Source: the human T2T-CHM13v2.0 reference genome, Homo sapiens
NCBI RefSeq assembly: GCF_009914755.1
Contig: NC_060947.1
Length of the DNA: 64,000 bases
Reading direction: 5' to 3' (one strand)
The translations under genes were made by a program, and so were the position numbers. The notes below the pieces were generated by a model. It was not told where the DNA came from and made no database searches. It saw only the letters and a program-made list of their open reading frames with translations. Within the stretch, counting starts at the first letter, position 1. Each line of letters begins with the position of its first letter. Shown piece after piece: positions 30,747 through 45,920 of this stretch.

Positions 30747-31784
30747 GCTATATTTGTCTAATTTAACCATTATACTTTATTATCTCTATATTAGCCATTA
30801 TGCCTAGTTATCTCCTCACTTGTTTTATTTTTATGTTCCTCAGAATTTTCTGACTAGCCATCTACCAAAAAGATCACTAAATGATAAGGGGACTGAGAAA
30901 ACTAGTAGATAATAGTTTCTTTCTGATGAATCCTTCTCATTTCCAGGACGAACTATCTAATTATGTTTTATTGTGCAGGCTCAGATTTGTCATAAGTGAG
31001 ATTAATGAATATTGGGTGGAGGTAGCTGCATCCCACAGGGGATTCTTCCATCATCTAAGTTTGGGAATGAGTCTTGAACAGAAATGTGTGTGTGTGTATG
31101 TGTGTGTGCTTGCACGCATGCATTGTAGGGTAGGGGAAGAACAGTATTTCATTGTTTCATACATATCTCCTTGTAAAAAATTTATGTTTTCTTTTTCTTG
31201 CTTCCTCTACTTTCTTGTCTGTACATCTGATCTCTCCATTGCTCTTCTTTGTCCCTTCTCTTAATGTTATTTTTAGGGTCACATAAAGGAACTAAACAAA
31301 TGTCACTGGTGCAGAAACCATTCTCTTTGTTCATGCACATTCTGTTTTAGTCACCTTCATGGTCAGTATCAGCACCTATTGCTATAGCACACAATCTACA
31401 GCATTTCTTGATTAAAGAAAATAAAAATTAAAAGAAATTAAAAAGGAAAGAAAATATGAAAAGAAAATAAAATATTTTAAAATGGGAATGTTGGTATTTT
31501 GCCACCAATACAAAAGGAATTCCTTATGGAACAACTCACCAAGTCATCGAGATTAATTTGTTAGAGAGTGATTACTAAATTCAATAGAAATGCTATTTCA
31601 TAAAAAGCCATTTCCTTTATTCTGCTGAAACATATGGAATAATTTGGATCATTTGATTCACATCTGAAAGAGATTGATTTTAATATGTAGAAAAAAGCCC
31701 TATCAACTTATAATCCATATAATAACAGTAGTCCCTCAACAACATTTTTATTATATATATGGATATAGTAGTAAAAAGAAGAAT

Positions 31785-31990
31785 CTAACATTTATTAAGT
31801 ATTACTATGTGCCATACACTAGGCTGGGTGTTTCCATTTCTATGAAGTAGGTGTTTATTTAATCTCTCATTTTAGAGATGAATAAACTGAGTCTCAGACC
31901 TTAAGGAACTTGCCCAGGTAGTAAATGGTGGAGATATGACTTTTGGACTTGAGCAGTCTGCCTCTGGAACCTTGCTTCTTCACTACTACA
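31785..31990 (-). mobile_element. MIR
   Basis: aacatttattaag..tactatgtgcca...cattttagagatgaataaactgag...acttgcccagg. Confidence 0.75.
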
Positions 31991-33057
31991 TTCTCCCACC
32001 TCCCATTTCCATGGTTCATTCCTTTTAAAGGCTTAAGTCTTTCATTTACATTATTTCATTTATTCTCATTTTTTTTTCCATTGAGATGTTTCTTCATTCC
32101 CATTTCATGCCTACGGAAAGTTTGCCAGAAGTTTTTTAAATGAATTGCCTCCATGGTTAATTGGTAACATGCCTGACACGCCCTTCTGCTGCTGCCTTCT
32201 GAAAGACAGACTTTGAATTCTCTTGAGAATTGAGTAGATGGGCCAAGAAGATGCATCTATACATGTGGCTTAAGGGAGATAGTCTTCTTACTTTCTAGCC
32301 ATGTCATATCTGTTGTCATTTTCCATATTGCACACAGCACCACAATCTCTTACTTGATGATACTTTGAGAATGAAAGCATTCTGAGCTATATATACATTG
32401 TTATCAGACATCTTGTTTCTATTTAGTATCAATTTCAGGGAAATATGCTATTCCCTAGTTGTGCCCAAAGAAAAATATTTCATTAGATATTCTTTTGAGA
32501 ATTCACATGGCTGCATGTACATTTTCAATTACTTTACTCTCTCTTTTAGAATGGTTCTGTAGACTTTGGGAGATGCCCAGTCTTTCCCTCCTAGGTAATT
32601 GATGTTTTTCAATAAAATTACTTGAGAGTATTATCTTCTTGTGCATCTGTCCTTCTGAAATTTCCTTAATCTCTTCCTCTCTACTTCTTCATCCTGGCAA
32701 ACATACAGAGGCATACGTAAATTCACATTTGATATAGTCTTTACCGTGTGTGTGTGTGTGTGTGTGTGTGACTTTTTTGTGAATGAGCTATTCACTGATG
32801 ATTGGTTAGTCAACCTTATATTGCTGTCATGCTACCGTTTTCTTTATCCAACACAAAAAACGAGAAAAGGTCTCTCTTTTTAAGTTTACTTAAAGCCAGA
32901 TGGAAAAAGCCTTTCTACAATCAAAAATAGTTTTCTGAAGTATATGCTTTTCAATTACTATGTCTTTTTTTTTTTTGGAATGGGAGGGAAATATGTGATG
33001 CTGGCTCAGCTTTACATTGGCTCCATTCTACATTGTACAATCTCACATCTTTCCTGA

Positions 33058-33433
<376 letters not shown>

Positions 33434-33451
33434 TAGTGCTGGAATGGCATG

Positions 33452-33955
33452 TGATAGGGTGTGGGGCATGCTGTCCAAGTATGGCACTTTGGCATTTGAA
33501 AGAATAACAAGATCTAGAGGGTCACTCTCCTATTTCCCTCACCCACTTTCCCTTGAAGTAGACCAGCAAACTTAGCTGACCTTCCCTGAATTAAGCCATG
33601 AGGCTCATTCCAGAGGTGCCCTCCTGAAACTCAGAAGAAACAAATGCCCTTGTCTCTGAGGACATAGGGATACAGGGAGGAATCTGAACAAACAGGCCTT
33701 GCTGGCTTCCTTCCAGTTGATTACCATTGGATCACATCCCTTTTGTCCAATTGTACTTCTGCACAACCATAAATGGGGATGCACAAGCTTTCCTGTTTCT
33801 TTGGGTTTTCATTTCTGAGGCTCCCATGTCATGCCAAACTCATACAAAACCTACATTATTATACTTTTCTCTTGTTAATCTGTCTTTTGTTGTAGGTGCA
33901 TAAGCCAGCAACCTTGTGATGGGTGAGGAAAAGATATTGCTTTTTCTCCTCTACA
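33452..33955 (+). mobile_element. ERV1 solo LTR (MER39/MER34-like)
   Basis: TG...CA ends, perfect 4-bp TSD catg. Shares gaatctgaacaaacaggccttgct, ttttgtccaat and ttttctcttgttaatc with the LTR at 3833. Confidence 0.85.
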
Positions 33956-34778
33956 CATGAGAATTATATTGAACAAATTATAATTTGTTCAATCACTCAT
34001 TTATTCATTCATTAGATATTTATTCAGTATTTATTATGTGCAAGGGCATGTGTAAACCCTGAGGAATATGCAAAAATGCATAATGCAAAAGTGAAATGAT
34101 GCACATTAAAAAATAGACCAGAATGTACTGCAACACATCAATTGAGTCTATATTATTAACAAATTTTTGTTCTTGGGCTTATGGAATCATAATTGTCAAA
34201 CTGATAGCAAGTGTCCTTTTCCTATTTCATTAATTGGACATAAGAAATAAAATAATTGACAGAAATGTCTCTGGCATGGGAACTTTTTAGTGGCACAGCA
34301 CGGTTAAACTGTACTGGGTACATGACCAACTACATTGTGGATATTTATTGTAGGTACTAATACGTGCTTATATATTCCGTGTTGTCCACGTACAGTGCCA
34401 GAACAATATATTTCTTATTATATTTGTTCATTTTCTCTCCTTGTTCTATATCCCAGTGTTTGAACAATTAATCCTCTCACCGTTGAAGTCTTCAACACCA
34501 TCATCATACTATGAACATCATCACTTGCTGCTGCTGCAGATGCAGCTATTTCTGACAAGCTCAGCCCCTTCCTCCTTGTTGGTAGAGCCTCTCTTTTGTT
34601 TTGATGTGCTCTCTCCCATATGCTCAGGCAAAGTGATACCTTCCTCAGCCCCCAAGGGGGTGATTCAGGACAAATCCTAATAGATCATGCTCATTCCATC
34701 ATCCCCCTAATCCCCCAATCCCACCTTGGTAATTGCATGAGGCTGACACATTATCACAAACACCGAGCGAATATTGTA

Positions 34779-35087
<309 letters not shown>

Positions 35088-37040
35088 TAATGGCATTATA
35101 ATGTGGAGCTTTGGACAAGAAACATTGCTGCTCTCTCAGGAGTTTATTACTTAATTGGTAGATGAAACGTGTACATGAAAAATAAATAAAATATAAATCA
35201 TTAATAATGCTAAATGCCAAATAATGTTTATAAACAATAAGTTCCAGAGACATCCCAAGGAGGGAGAAACTACTAATCCCTACTTTATAGGCCCCCTGTG
35301 AAAATGTGTCCTTGATGATGAAAATGATTATTTTTATCTCTATAGATAGAATGAAATTTATAGGCTCCAAATTGCAGTGAGCAAGGAATTATAGTTATGG
35401 AATAAATAGAGTCAGAATGTTTGAGGAGACCTGAAACCATGAATCAGTACTAAAATCAGAAAACCAAAGGGTTTCCATAGAGGCCCTTGTAGTTGTCAAA
35501 AAAGTGACCTGGCCAGTAAATGTGTAGCTGTTTTTCTCTATGACGTAAAGAAGCCATTTCTCTTTTAGAATTTAATTTTCCACTTAAAGAACACACACAC
35601 TCATAAAAAATTAGAAAAGGAAAGTTGAAAGAAAGAAGACAATCATCTTTCATATTCCCAGTCTTAGGGCAACCACTTGTTTTTAGCATTTCGATATTTA
35701 TTTTTCTAGTTTATTGTATGTGTGTGTTGCTTTATTTTTCTTTTGAAAGTATTTTGTGTAGCTCATGTATATATTTTTAAAACTCTTTTATTTGTTTATT
35801 TAGTAAGCTAATGGTCCAGTGCTATTTTGTAAGAAACAAATCTCATTACCTCATCCCTTGGTTCTTCTTTGAGCATCTGGCCCTCCCCTATGCATCCAAG
35901 GAAGACAGTGCAGTAGAGATGAGAACAAGGCCACCTAATGAGATTTTAGAAGAATAGAATATGACATCTGGTTGCCAGAGACAGTTTTAGCAGATGAAAA
36001 TATCCTAAAGGAAATGAACATTAGAGTTAGGTCCTTTAAAATACAAAGTGCTGAAAACACCAGTAATAGTAATTTAGTATTGAACCAACCTAAACAGATT
36101 TCTTGTATATGTTAGATTGGCTGTCTACACCAAGGAAGTGGTTTTCCCTTGACTTAAACTCACTCACAAACACACATACTCACAAATGCACACACAAACA
36201 TATTTAGTCATCCTTCTCTCAAGGGGTGCTTGTTCTCTCAGCAGTAGAAGGGTATGATAAGTATGGGAAACATTTGTCAGGTAATTAAAACTAACTATAG
36301 GAGGGACTTCACAGCTTCACTGGCTTTTAAAATTTTCTTTTCAAATTGGGGGAACTTGTCAGGGCAAGCTAAATAAAAATGGGCTCAAAGCAGTGTTAGA
36401 GGAGCATTCAAAACACTTAAAAGTCAGAAAGTTTCAAAACATAGTGTGAACTTGGCTGTTTTCTTATCTCAGAATTTTAGCTTCTTAAAAAAATTATTTT
36501 TAAACTGCTATGTAGACTAGGTGGGCAAAAGGAGTTGCACAGCTGAAAACTCAGTCACTTGACATGGATTTACATAATGAGTATAGTTATGAAGTCAAAA
36601 TGCTGTTCCTACAGATCCATGGGCTAACCCTAACTGTAACCCTAACCAGAGTATACATAACCACACATGATGCTTCTGTTTTATTTCCAGGAAATTTATT
36701 CTGAATTTTTCATTCACTTTTTCCTAGCACTTCATCTAGAGAAGAGTAATTAGTTCTGATCAGTCTTATATAATCATTTTGTTTAGCAACTTTGGGGTTC
36801 GTATGCCAAAAAAAGAGTGTTGAGGGTCTGTGTATGATAGGCTTTGTGTTAATAGGCTTTTGTGTTATGTCTTTCTGACATATTTCAAACAGGTATCTGT
36901 CAGATAAAATATATAATTTAGGTTGGGAAAGTAGTCACTCCTTTAATTGCGAAGTTTGGAAATCTGACTTGATGTTAAAATGGTGGGGATTTCAGTCATA
37001 TCCTGAAATAAAATACCTTAAGACTCCAGGAACACACAGA

Positions 37041-37082
37041 TGAGGTAGAAATCCTTCAATGTGAGGTAGAAATCCTTCAATG
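37041..37082. repeat. 21-bp perfect tandem duplication (tgaggtagaaatccttcaatg)
   Basis: Directly visible. Confidence 0.95.
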
Positions 37083-37759
37083 TAGAGTGGAAAGATTTTA
37101 TTGTTTAAGACTGCTGGATAGTTAGAAAAGTTAGCTGAGCAATGGTTCTCTGCACAAGTAAAGAGATCTTAGTACAGGGAAAAGGCAGTCATGTTCTCTT
37201 TAATCTTTTAATCATCTGAAAGAAAAAGGGGAAGTAATTTGAAGTGTTGTTTTCTTCACACTGTAATGTGTGCTTTGTATGCATCCACTTTCTCTTATAA
37301 CATGCATGTCTGAAACTGTGTGCCAGTGCTGTCTTCTCCAGGGTTATCTCTGCTACTTTTTTTCCTGGAGTGCAACACTAGGTATAACACTGAACATTCC
37401 CTCTCAGGGTGTGTTTGAATCAGTGTCCTGGCTTTTTCCTTTACAAACACATCGTTAAATAACATTCAAATGCTTGACTGTGTTTGCAGGCTTGGAAGAT
37501 TAAAGATCTTTTCTAAAACCCTGTGAAACCGAGGGAATCAACTGAAACAGTGAAAAACAAGTGGATGAAGTTAGGACAGTCAAACCCAAGAAAAATCCTT
37601 AAATAAGATTTCTTGAGTGAATGAAAAGTGCTTTTGCTATAGTTTGAATCAAATACTGGTGTTCCAACTTTATAGTGTAAACCTTTAATAGTCTCAGGCC
37701 TGTTTCATCACCCAGTTGACCCTTCAAAAGCCTACTCATTGCTCAATCACCTTAAAGTG

Positions 37760-38290
<531 letters not shown>

Positions 38291-38396
38291 TCTCATTTAT
38301 ATTAACTCTCTGGATTAATGAAATTTTTTTAAAGCTTCCAATGTAATACACTGCTAATAAAATGTAGAAGAAAATATTGGTTTACCAGAAGTATAA

Positions 38397-38436
38397 TGTA
38401 TTAGTCAGGGTTCTCTTAGAGGACAGAACTAACAGG

Positions 38437-38470
<34 letters not shown>

Positions 38471-39053
38471 GTATATATATATTTATGTATATGTGTATAT
38501 ATATATGTGTGTGTATATATATATATATCTCATTTCAGAATGGTGTGTGTACTTTAAATTCTATCCTTCCTTTAGTATATTTCTGACACATGTGTCTCAT
38601 GGTTTGGAACATATATATATGTATATATATTCTATTCTATATATATATATCCTATTTTATATATATATATAAAGGGGAGTTTATTAAGTATTAACTAACA
38701 TGATCACAAGGTCCCACAATAGGCTTTCTGCAAGCTGAGGAGTGAGGAGAGCCAGTCTGAGTCCCAAAACTGAAGAACTTGGAGTCTGATGTTCGAGGGC
38801 AGGAAGCATCCAGCATGGGAGAAAGATGTAGACTGGGAGGCTAGGCCTGTCTCGCCTCTTCACGTTTTTTCTGCCTGCTTTATATTCGCAGGCAGCTGAT
38901 TAGATGGTGCCCACCTGATTAAGGGTGGGTCTGTCTTCCCCAGCCTTCTGACTCAAATGTTAATCTTGTTTGACAACACCCTCACAGACACACCCAGGAT
39001 TAATATTGCATCCTTCAATCCAATCAAGTTGACACTCAGTATTAACCATCACA
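38397..39053 (-). mobile_element. MLT2A (ERVL) solo LTR with expanded (TA)n tract containing a foreign insert
   Basis: tgtattagtcagggttctc...gacagaacta start, aaaggggagtttattaagtattaact..catgatcacaaggtcccacaatagg, and gacactcagtattaaccatcaca end. Confidence 0.92.
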
Positions 39054-39524
39054 TATATAATATGGATCAAATGGTAAAAAGTTTCTAAATATTACCTTAT
39101 TGATGGATCAGTATACCATAGATTGGAAAACTTACTCTAGATTTGGAGATTATGTATATGTATTATGTGTATACACACACACACACACACACATTATGTC
39201 ATATTATAAAGAGCTGCCCTTATAGTTCATTTTGAAATAGACTTAGGTATCTTTTATTTGGAAAGTGTAAGTGAGACTTTTAGTATTATAATATTTCCAC
39301 TGAGACTTTAAAATATTTTTGGTGGAAAATAGTATAAAGATTATTATAATAAAATTTTGCTTCAGAGCCCCTTGCATTGGAATAATTTTAATCTCTGGGT
39401 TCGTTTTATATACTATTATGTGTGATCTGTCATATGACTATACTGAGAAGTTATACACTAAATCTAAATTACCACCTGTGTGCATTTGTTTTTTTGGGGG
39501 AGGGGAAACTTTAAATACATTTCT

Positions 39525-39880
39525 AATTTTTAAAAGGTTTATTGAGTTATAATTTCTCTGCAGTAAAATTCACCCTTTTTAGTTCTACAAGTTTTGATCA
39601 AGATACAGAGCATTTCATCACCTCCCCAGACTCCCCCATATCTCTGTATAGTCAACTGCTCCCTCTCCACCAACCTCTGTTTTCTAATCTATAGTTTTAT
39701 GTTTTCTAGATTAACATAGAAATGAAATCTTAAAATATGTAGCCATTTGAGTCTAGCTTATCTCACTTAGCATAATGCTTAAAGATCCATCCATATTGTT
39801 TTCCTTCTTTTTTATTGCTGAGTTGTATTCCATTTTATGGATATGCCACAGTTTATTTATCCATTCATGAGTTGAAGGAC
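39525..39880 (-). mobile_element. Old L1 (L1MB/ME) 3' fragment
   Basis: tttattgagttataattt..cagtaaaattcacccttttta, tcacttagcataatg and attgctgagttgtattccattttatggatatgccacagttt. Confidence 0.75.
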
Positions 39881-42800
39881 CATCAGAGGGTTTTTTGAGA
39901 AAGTATAATAGGTAATTTCGTGAAGAACAGACAGAGGATTATGACATTTTATCTTTTCTCTAAGAGTAGATATTGAGGAATTTTAAGAGTAATATTTGAA
40001 CATTTTACAACTTCAAATATTGATGGTCTCAATCTGAGGAATAACTTCAAGAGATTCTTGGTTGAAGGAAAATGTAATTTTTGAAAAACATTTCAGAATG
40101 GTGTGTGTACTTTAAATTAGACTTTATCTAGGAATTTCTTGGCATCTAAGAACCTATTCTTCCTTTAGTATATTTCTGAACACATGTGTCTCATGGTTTG
40201 GAACATTCCTAATGCCTAGACACTGCTTCAGTAGAAGTGCAAAGGCAGAGGCAAAAGAGAAGCCTACCAGAAAGCCTACACAATACCACTCTGTTTCCTT
40301 GACAACTTCCAGGGTTCTATACTTGGCTACAATCTACTGAACTTCTGAAGCCAATGTCTAAATCTGAAACTACTGCCTTGTTCTCTTTTTGTTATTATCT
40401 GGAAACACATTTCAATGAAATGGATCCTTTGTATAAAATCATTAAGAAGACTTGCAAACAGAATAGCCGTGGGTTGATTAGGAATTTGTTATAAACCATA
40501 TACTTTGATAACTTTAAATATATCTCTATATTATATATTTCTAACCCAGGATCTATTTAATTGCTAAAGAAGCTGTAGTCTTTTATTTCAGGGGGTTTAG
40601 AAGGTATCCTAAAGATGGATCAATTGTATTTTTTTATGGATTTGGCCTGGGGCAGAGAAAATCTACTATTTCAAATAGGTCTTTTGGCATGCTTATTGAA
40701 GTTGAGTCCAATGTAGCTTAAAAGCCTCAAAAGTGGAAGTACAATTTTATTTTCCATGGGGGGTACTGTTCTCCGTTAACCCCACACTCCTAAATAAGTA
40801 GCTAATTGTTAAAAGGAACAGACTAAAGTGGTTAGAAAAAAAAAAGGTCTCAGTCTGCAAGACACTTCAAAACCAATTTTGAATTCCCTTCCTTCAAGGT
40901 GTGAAAAGTATGTCTGACAGCAATAGAATGTAGACTTTGAACTTTTTCTTCAAAATGAACTGAAGAAAAGTACAAGATTGGGAAAGTGAATTATCATAGA
41001 GGGCATTCACTATTTAAGATAGTTGGTCAGTCTGTTTGGAGAGAGATTATACTTTTGTGTTTTCATTTCTTTCTAATAGAAGTATTTTTGGTCTTTTCCC
41101 AGTTTAATTACTCCCCAGGGCTCAACTTCTGGTTTGGCTTTTTCTGGGGTTAGCCACCTTTCATTAGCCTGTGTACTTTCAGGCTGGCTTACCCAATTTA
41201 AAACTCTTGGTCCCAGAGCCCAGACATCAAATTATCAGATAGTTTATTTTCCTGTGTACTTTTCTGCATTCAAATTTTAAAAAGGAAAAGCAAAGCAAGT
41301 CCAAAAAATTTGATGTTTCTTGGTCTTTATTTTCTTCTTTCTGTAAAAGAATCCAGGCTCCAGTTGATTCCAGAAATGGAACAAAAATTGTGTACAGGAC
41401 CAGGGGACTGGGAAACAAGGGTTTCTCATCCTTTTAGAGGAAACCCAGTAACCAAGAGAATTAGAAACCACATGTTTACTGCACAATTTAAACAAGATGT
41501 TTCCAGACAGCCCCTCCCCCCATGTCATTTAATTGGTTTTCATTTTGTCACTTTTTGCTGTAACTGAACCAAGTTCTTTGAGTGCTGATAATAAAACATT
41601 GTGTGAAGAAGTAATTTTGAAGCTGTTCACATAGACATGCTGAAGCTATATTCTAGAATCCTTTTCCTTATAATATTTTCACAATCAGTTTGCTGATAAT
41701 ATAGTATAATTCCCAGTCTTGCTCTCCAAATATTTTAGAATTTTAAATAGAGGCTACACACCAAAGTGCTCCTCCTATTTGCATTGCTTAATAATTACTC
41801 TGCATATTTGACAAAGGGAAAATCAATTTATGACATGTAAACGACTTGTAAACATGAAAAGAATTCTGAGTTTAGTTGCCTTTTAAAAAGAAGTATGAAA
41901 TTTAAGTAAGAAAGAGGAATATATTTGAGATCTATTTAATACACTAGGACGTTCCTGCTCCTGTAAGACAAGTTTTGGTTTATCATCTAGAAAATAAGGA
42001 TGATGCTCATCGCATAGGAATGTGGTAAGGATGAATTAATGATGTCTGCCAAGTGCTTTTTCCATTTTGAAGATGAAATTGACTGTTGATTTTTACTACT
42101 ATATAGTGTACTTTTCTCACAGTTTAAAGGGTTATGGAAACTTGGTGCCATAGGAATGTGTAAACTAGACACGGGAGGAAAGAAATGGGTTGAGACCAGC
42201 CCTTGCAAGGCTGCTGCTTGCTGTTCACAAGCACTTGAAAAGGTGGAGAAGCCAGTGTTTCAGTTCTTAACAACAATCACCACCACCACCATGACATGCT
42301 GCATCTCAACCAAAATATAAAACAACTCTGACTCATGTGGTATATTTACTTCCGTTGAGGGTTTTATGTTTCCTATGCCTTTGAGACCACTTTGGCTCCA
42401 GGGGCTGGTTTTCATCCTTGTGGATACAGAAACACATTTTATTCTTGTGACCAAGGGGTGTTCTGGTTCCAGTGAATGAATTCACTCTTCAAATCCCCAT
42501 AAGAGACTAAATGTAAATCAGAAAGTTGGTTAATTAGTTTACTATGAGAGTGGCCCCTAGGCTGATAAATGGGACCAGCTGGCTGATAGGCACCCCACTT
42601 GGTAATGTAATCTACCACTTGGAAGCTTCATGAACAGAGAATCACAGTAAAGGGACAAACAAATTGTGTTTCTAGTATGTTTCTGTCAAATTCTGGTGTC
42701 CTAAAGACTCCCTGTTCTTTACCGTTGGTACATTTCTGTCTAAACAACTAAAATTGCTACCTAGAACAGATCACTCTCTCCTGATTATGCTGTAGAAACA

Positions 42801-43029
42801 CTGAGAACTTCTCATTCTCTTACTCTATAAATTTCCTTTTTCTGGATTACATGTTGATGCTACAACTTTTAATTTCCGTGTTTCTAACTCTTTTATGCCT
42901 TGACAATATATAACTTTAAGAAATTATTTTATGTTGTGCATATTTCATCTCCTTATTGTCTTAGGAAAAGCTTATTATAGTAACCTAACTCTATATTTGA
43001 AACTCTCAGTTAGACTTTTTGTGAATCAG

Positions 43030-43190
43030 ACTCACAGAGTATTGGAGTTGAACAAAATCTTAGAGATCATTTAATCTACCTTCCTTATCTGGTAAATGAG
43101 AAAACTATGGCCCAGAAACAAAAGGGACTTTTTGCTTAAGGTCAAAAAGTTAGTAGCAGAAATGGAACTGTAACTGACTTAGAGTTTAGT
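43030..43190 (-). mobile_element. MIR/MIR3
   Basis: cttagagatcatttaatctacc...aatgagaaaactatggcccaga...aaggtca. Confidence 0.6.
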
Positions 43191-43799
43191 GCTTCAAATA
43201 CAACATTCCTTGTTTATTTTACCTGCCATGTTATTTCACCTTTTCCCTAATTCCTGACATTGAACCCAAGATCCAACTTATTTTTACATCTACTGAAATA
43301 TTTGTCTAATTTGTATATTTTTAAAAATTTTTTTTCTCATCAATAGCTATGTTACTTGACCCAGAATATCATTTCTAACTAGAGAGTGGCTTGTTCTTTA
43401 AGGTTGTGTATTGCTAATAGGAATGCCAGTTAATAAATTGGACTTTAGAAAAGCTCTGGTTTACTTTTTGAGGGCTATTTTTTGCCCTCACATTGATCAT
43501 GAGTAGTACTAGCCACACAATAGACCCTCCATAAATATTTCTTAATAAATTCACTGGTTAAACCTTGACTAAGGAGGGTGAGTCCAGCTGATTGGAACAA
43601 AATTAATCCTAGATGCTTTGGCACAGAAGTGATTTGACTGACCCTTATTCTACAAATACCTCTTAATTGAAAGATATCCCCAAACTGCTATTTTTGAGCC
43701 TCTAGGGTTCTCTATCTCTGTGTCATAACCAGAGAACTAGCAATTAATGTCCATACCTTGAAAAATATCCTCCATACTTATTTTTTAAACTTCATGCTT

Positions 43800-44240
43800 T
43801 GTATGTCATTCATCAAGTCCTGACATTTTTACCTCCAAAATGTAGTAAATCTGTGTACTTTTTAACACCTCCACTGCCACAACCCTAGTCTAAGCTACCA
43901 TTATCTCTCACCTGGCCAACTCAATAAGCTTATTAACTGGTCTTCTTTCCACTGTTATCTCCCTTTACCTGTACTTTAAACTGCAGCAAGAATGGTCTTT
44001 GAGAAAGTGGGTGAGATCATATTTCCCACCTAATTCTACCCTTATCTATACCCCTAGAGTAAAGTTTTTTCAGTTACCTTCTAATACTTCCACAGTAAAG
44101 ACTGCCTTCATTACCATGCCAGTTCCCTTTGCTCCCACTTTCATCCTTGCTCACCAGTTTCCAGCAATACTGACCTCCTTTCAGCTCCAAGAACAAGCCA
44201 AATACTTGGACATTTGTCCACTCTGTTCTTTCTTGATGGT
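43800..44240 (+). mobile_element. L2 fragment
   Basis: ctccactgccacaaccctagtctaagctaccattatctctcacctgg...gcagcaagaatggtcttt. Confidence 0.7.
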
Positions 44241-44364
44241 CCTTTTTGTAAATCCAAGGGTGCTTCATAAAGTCAGCATTTGAGCTGGGACTTGACAGAT
44301 AGGTAAGATTACCACAGAGAGGGATGATTCATTTTAAGATTACTACATGTAAATAATTTCCTAA

Positions 44365-44696
<332 letters not shown>

Positions 44697-45616
44697 CATC
44701 AAATCATTAATTTGTAACTGGAAGCAGTTCATATTATTATCCACTCTGATTGATCATTTCAAAGTGTCTCATCCTCTTAATAAATGCTCTTTCCTGAATA
44801 TTGAACCTTATCTGCTCTATCAGTACTTTGTTCTTACTGTCACAGTTGAACATGTAGTCAGGCCCAAGTTATTAATATAAATCATTGAGATTTATAGTTA
44901 ACAATAATTGCAAGTTTATTTCTTTTCAGCAGCTTCATGATAGCATCCAGTCAATTAAACAATGAACCTAATATAGTACAAAATATTCCCTACCTATAGA
45001 AGTGATCACATGCTAATAGTTATTAACCTGGGAAGTTATTCCTCTGAGTAAACTGGCATTCTTGGAGAAATATTTCTTCATTAAGATGACCAGGGATGTG
45101 TTTAATGTACTAAAATAGTAATTTACAGAGTGGTACCTTATTGGCTTCAGAAATTTGAAACAACTCCCAGAGTGCCTGACACATTCATTTTGTTTTCATC
45201 ACCTCATATACAAGCAAAACAATCCAGAGCCAAACGTTTGATTGGATAATAGAAGTTTTGCACAACATATTTGACATCCAATTAGTTTTTTTCATAGGTT
45301 AATGATAAAATTGGTCGTATTGCTTGAGGTCACACCAATTAAGAGAAAACAGGTAAGGTGTGTGAGTGTGTATGTGTTGGGGCGAGGATGGGTGGAAGGT
45401 TGGGGGAACAAGCAGAAAACCAGTTTAGAGTTTCAAACCTTCTGTAAATAATCCATTGTTTGCATAATCCACATTTAGAACTGACTACCATAAGTAAAAC
45501 CCTAATTTAATGCAGTGGGTTAAGATTGAGGTCATTCATAAGGGAGGGATTTTTGTAGAAAGGGAAGGGCCTCCTTAATGTGCATACCTATTGTAAGAGT
45601 TGGGTAAAAATTTGAA

Positions 45617-45920
<304 letters not shown>

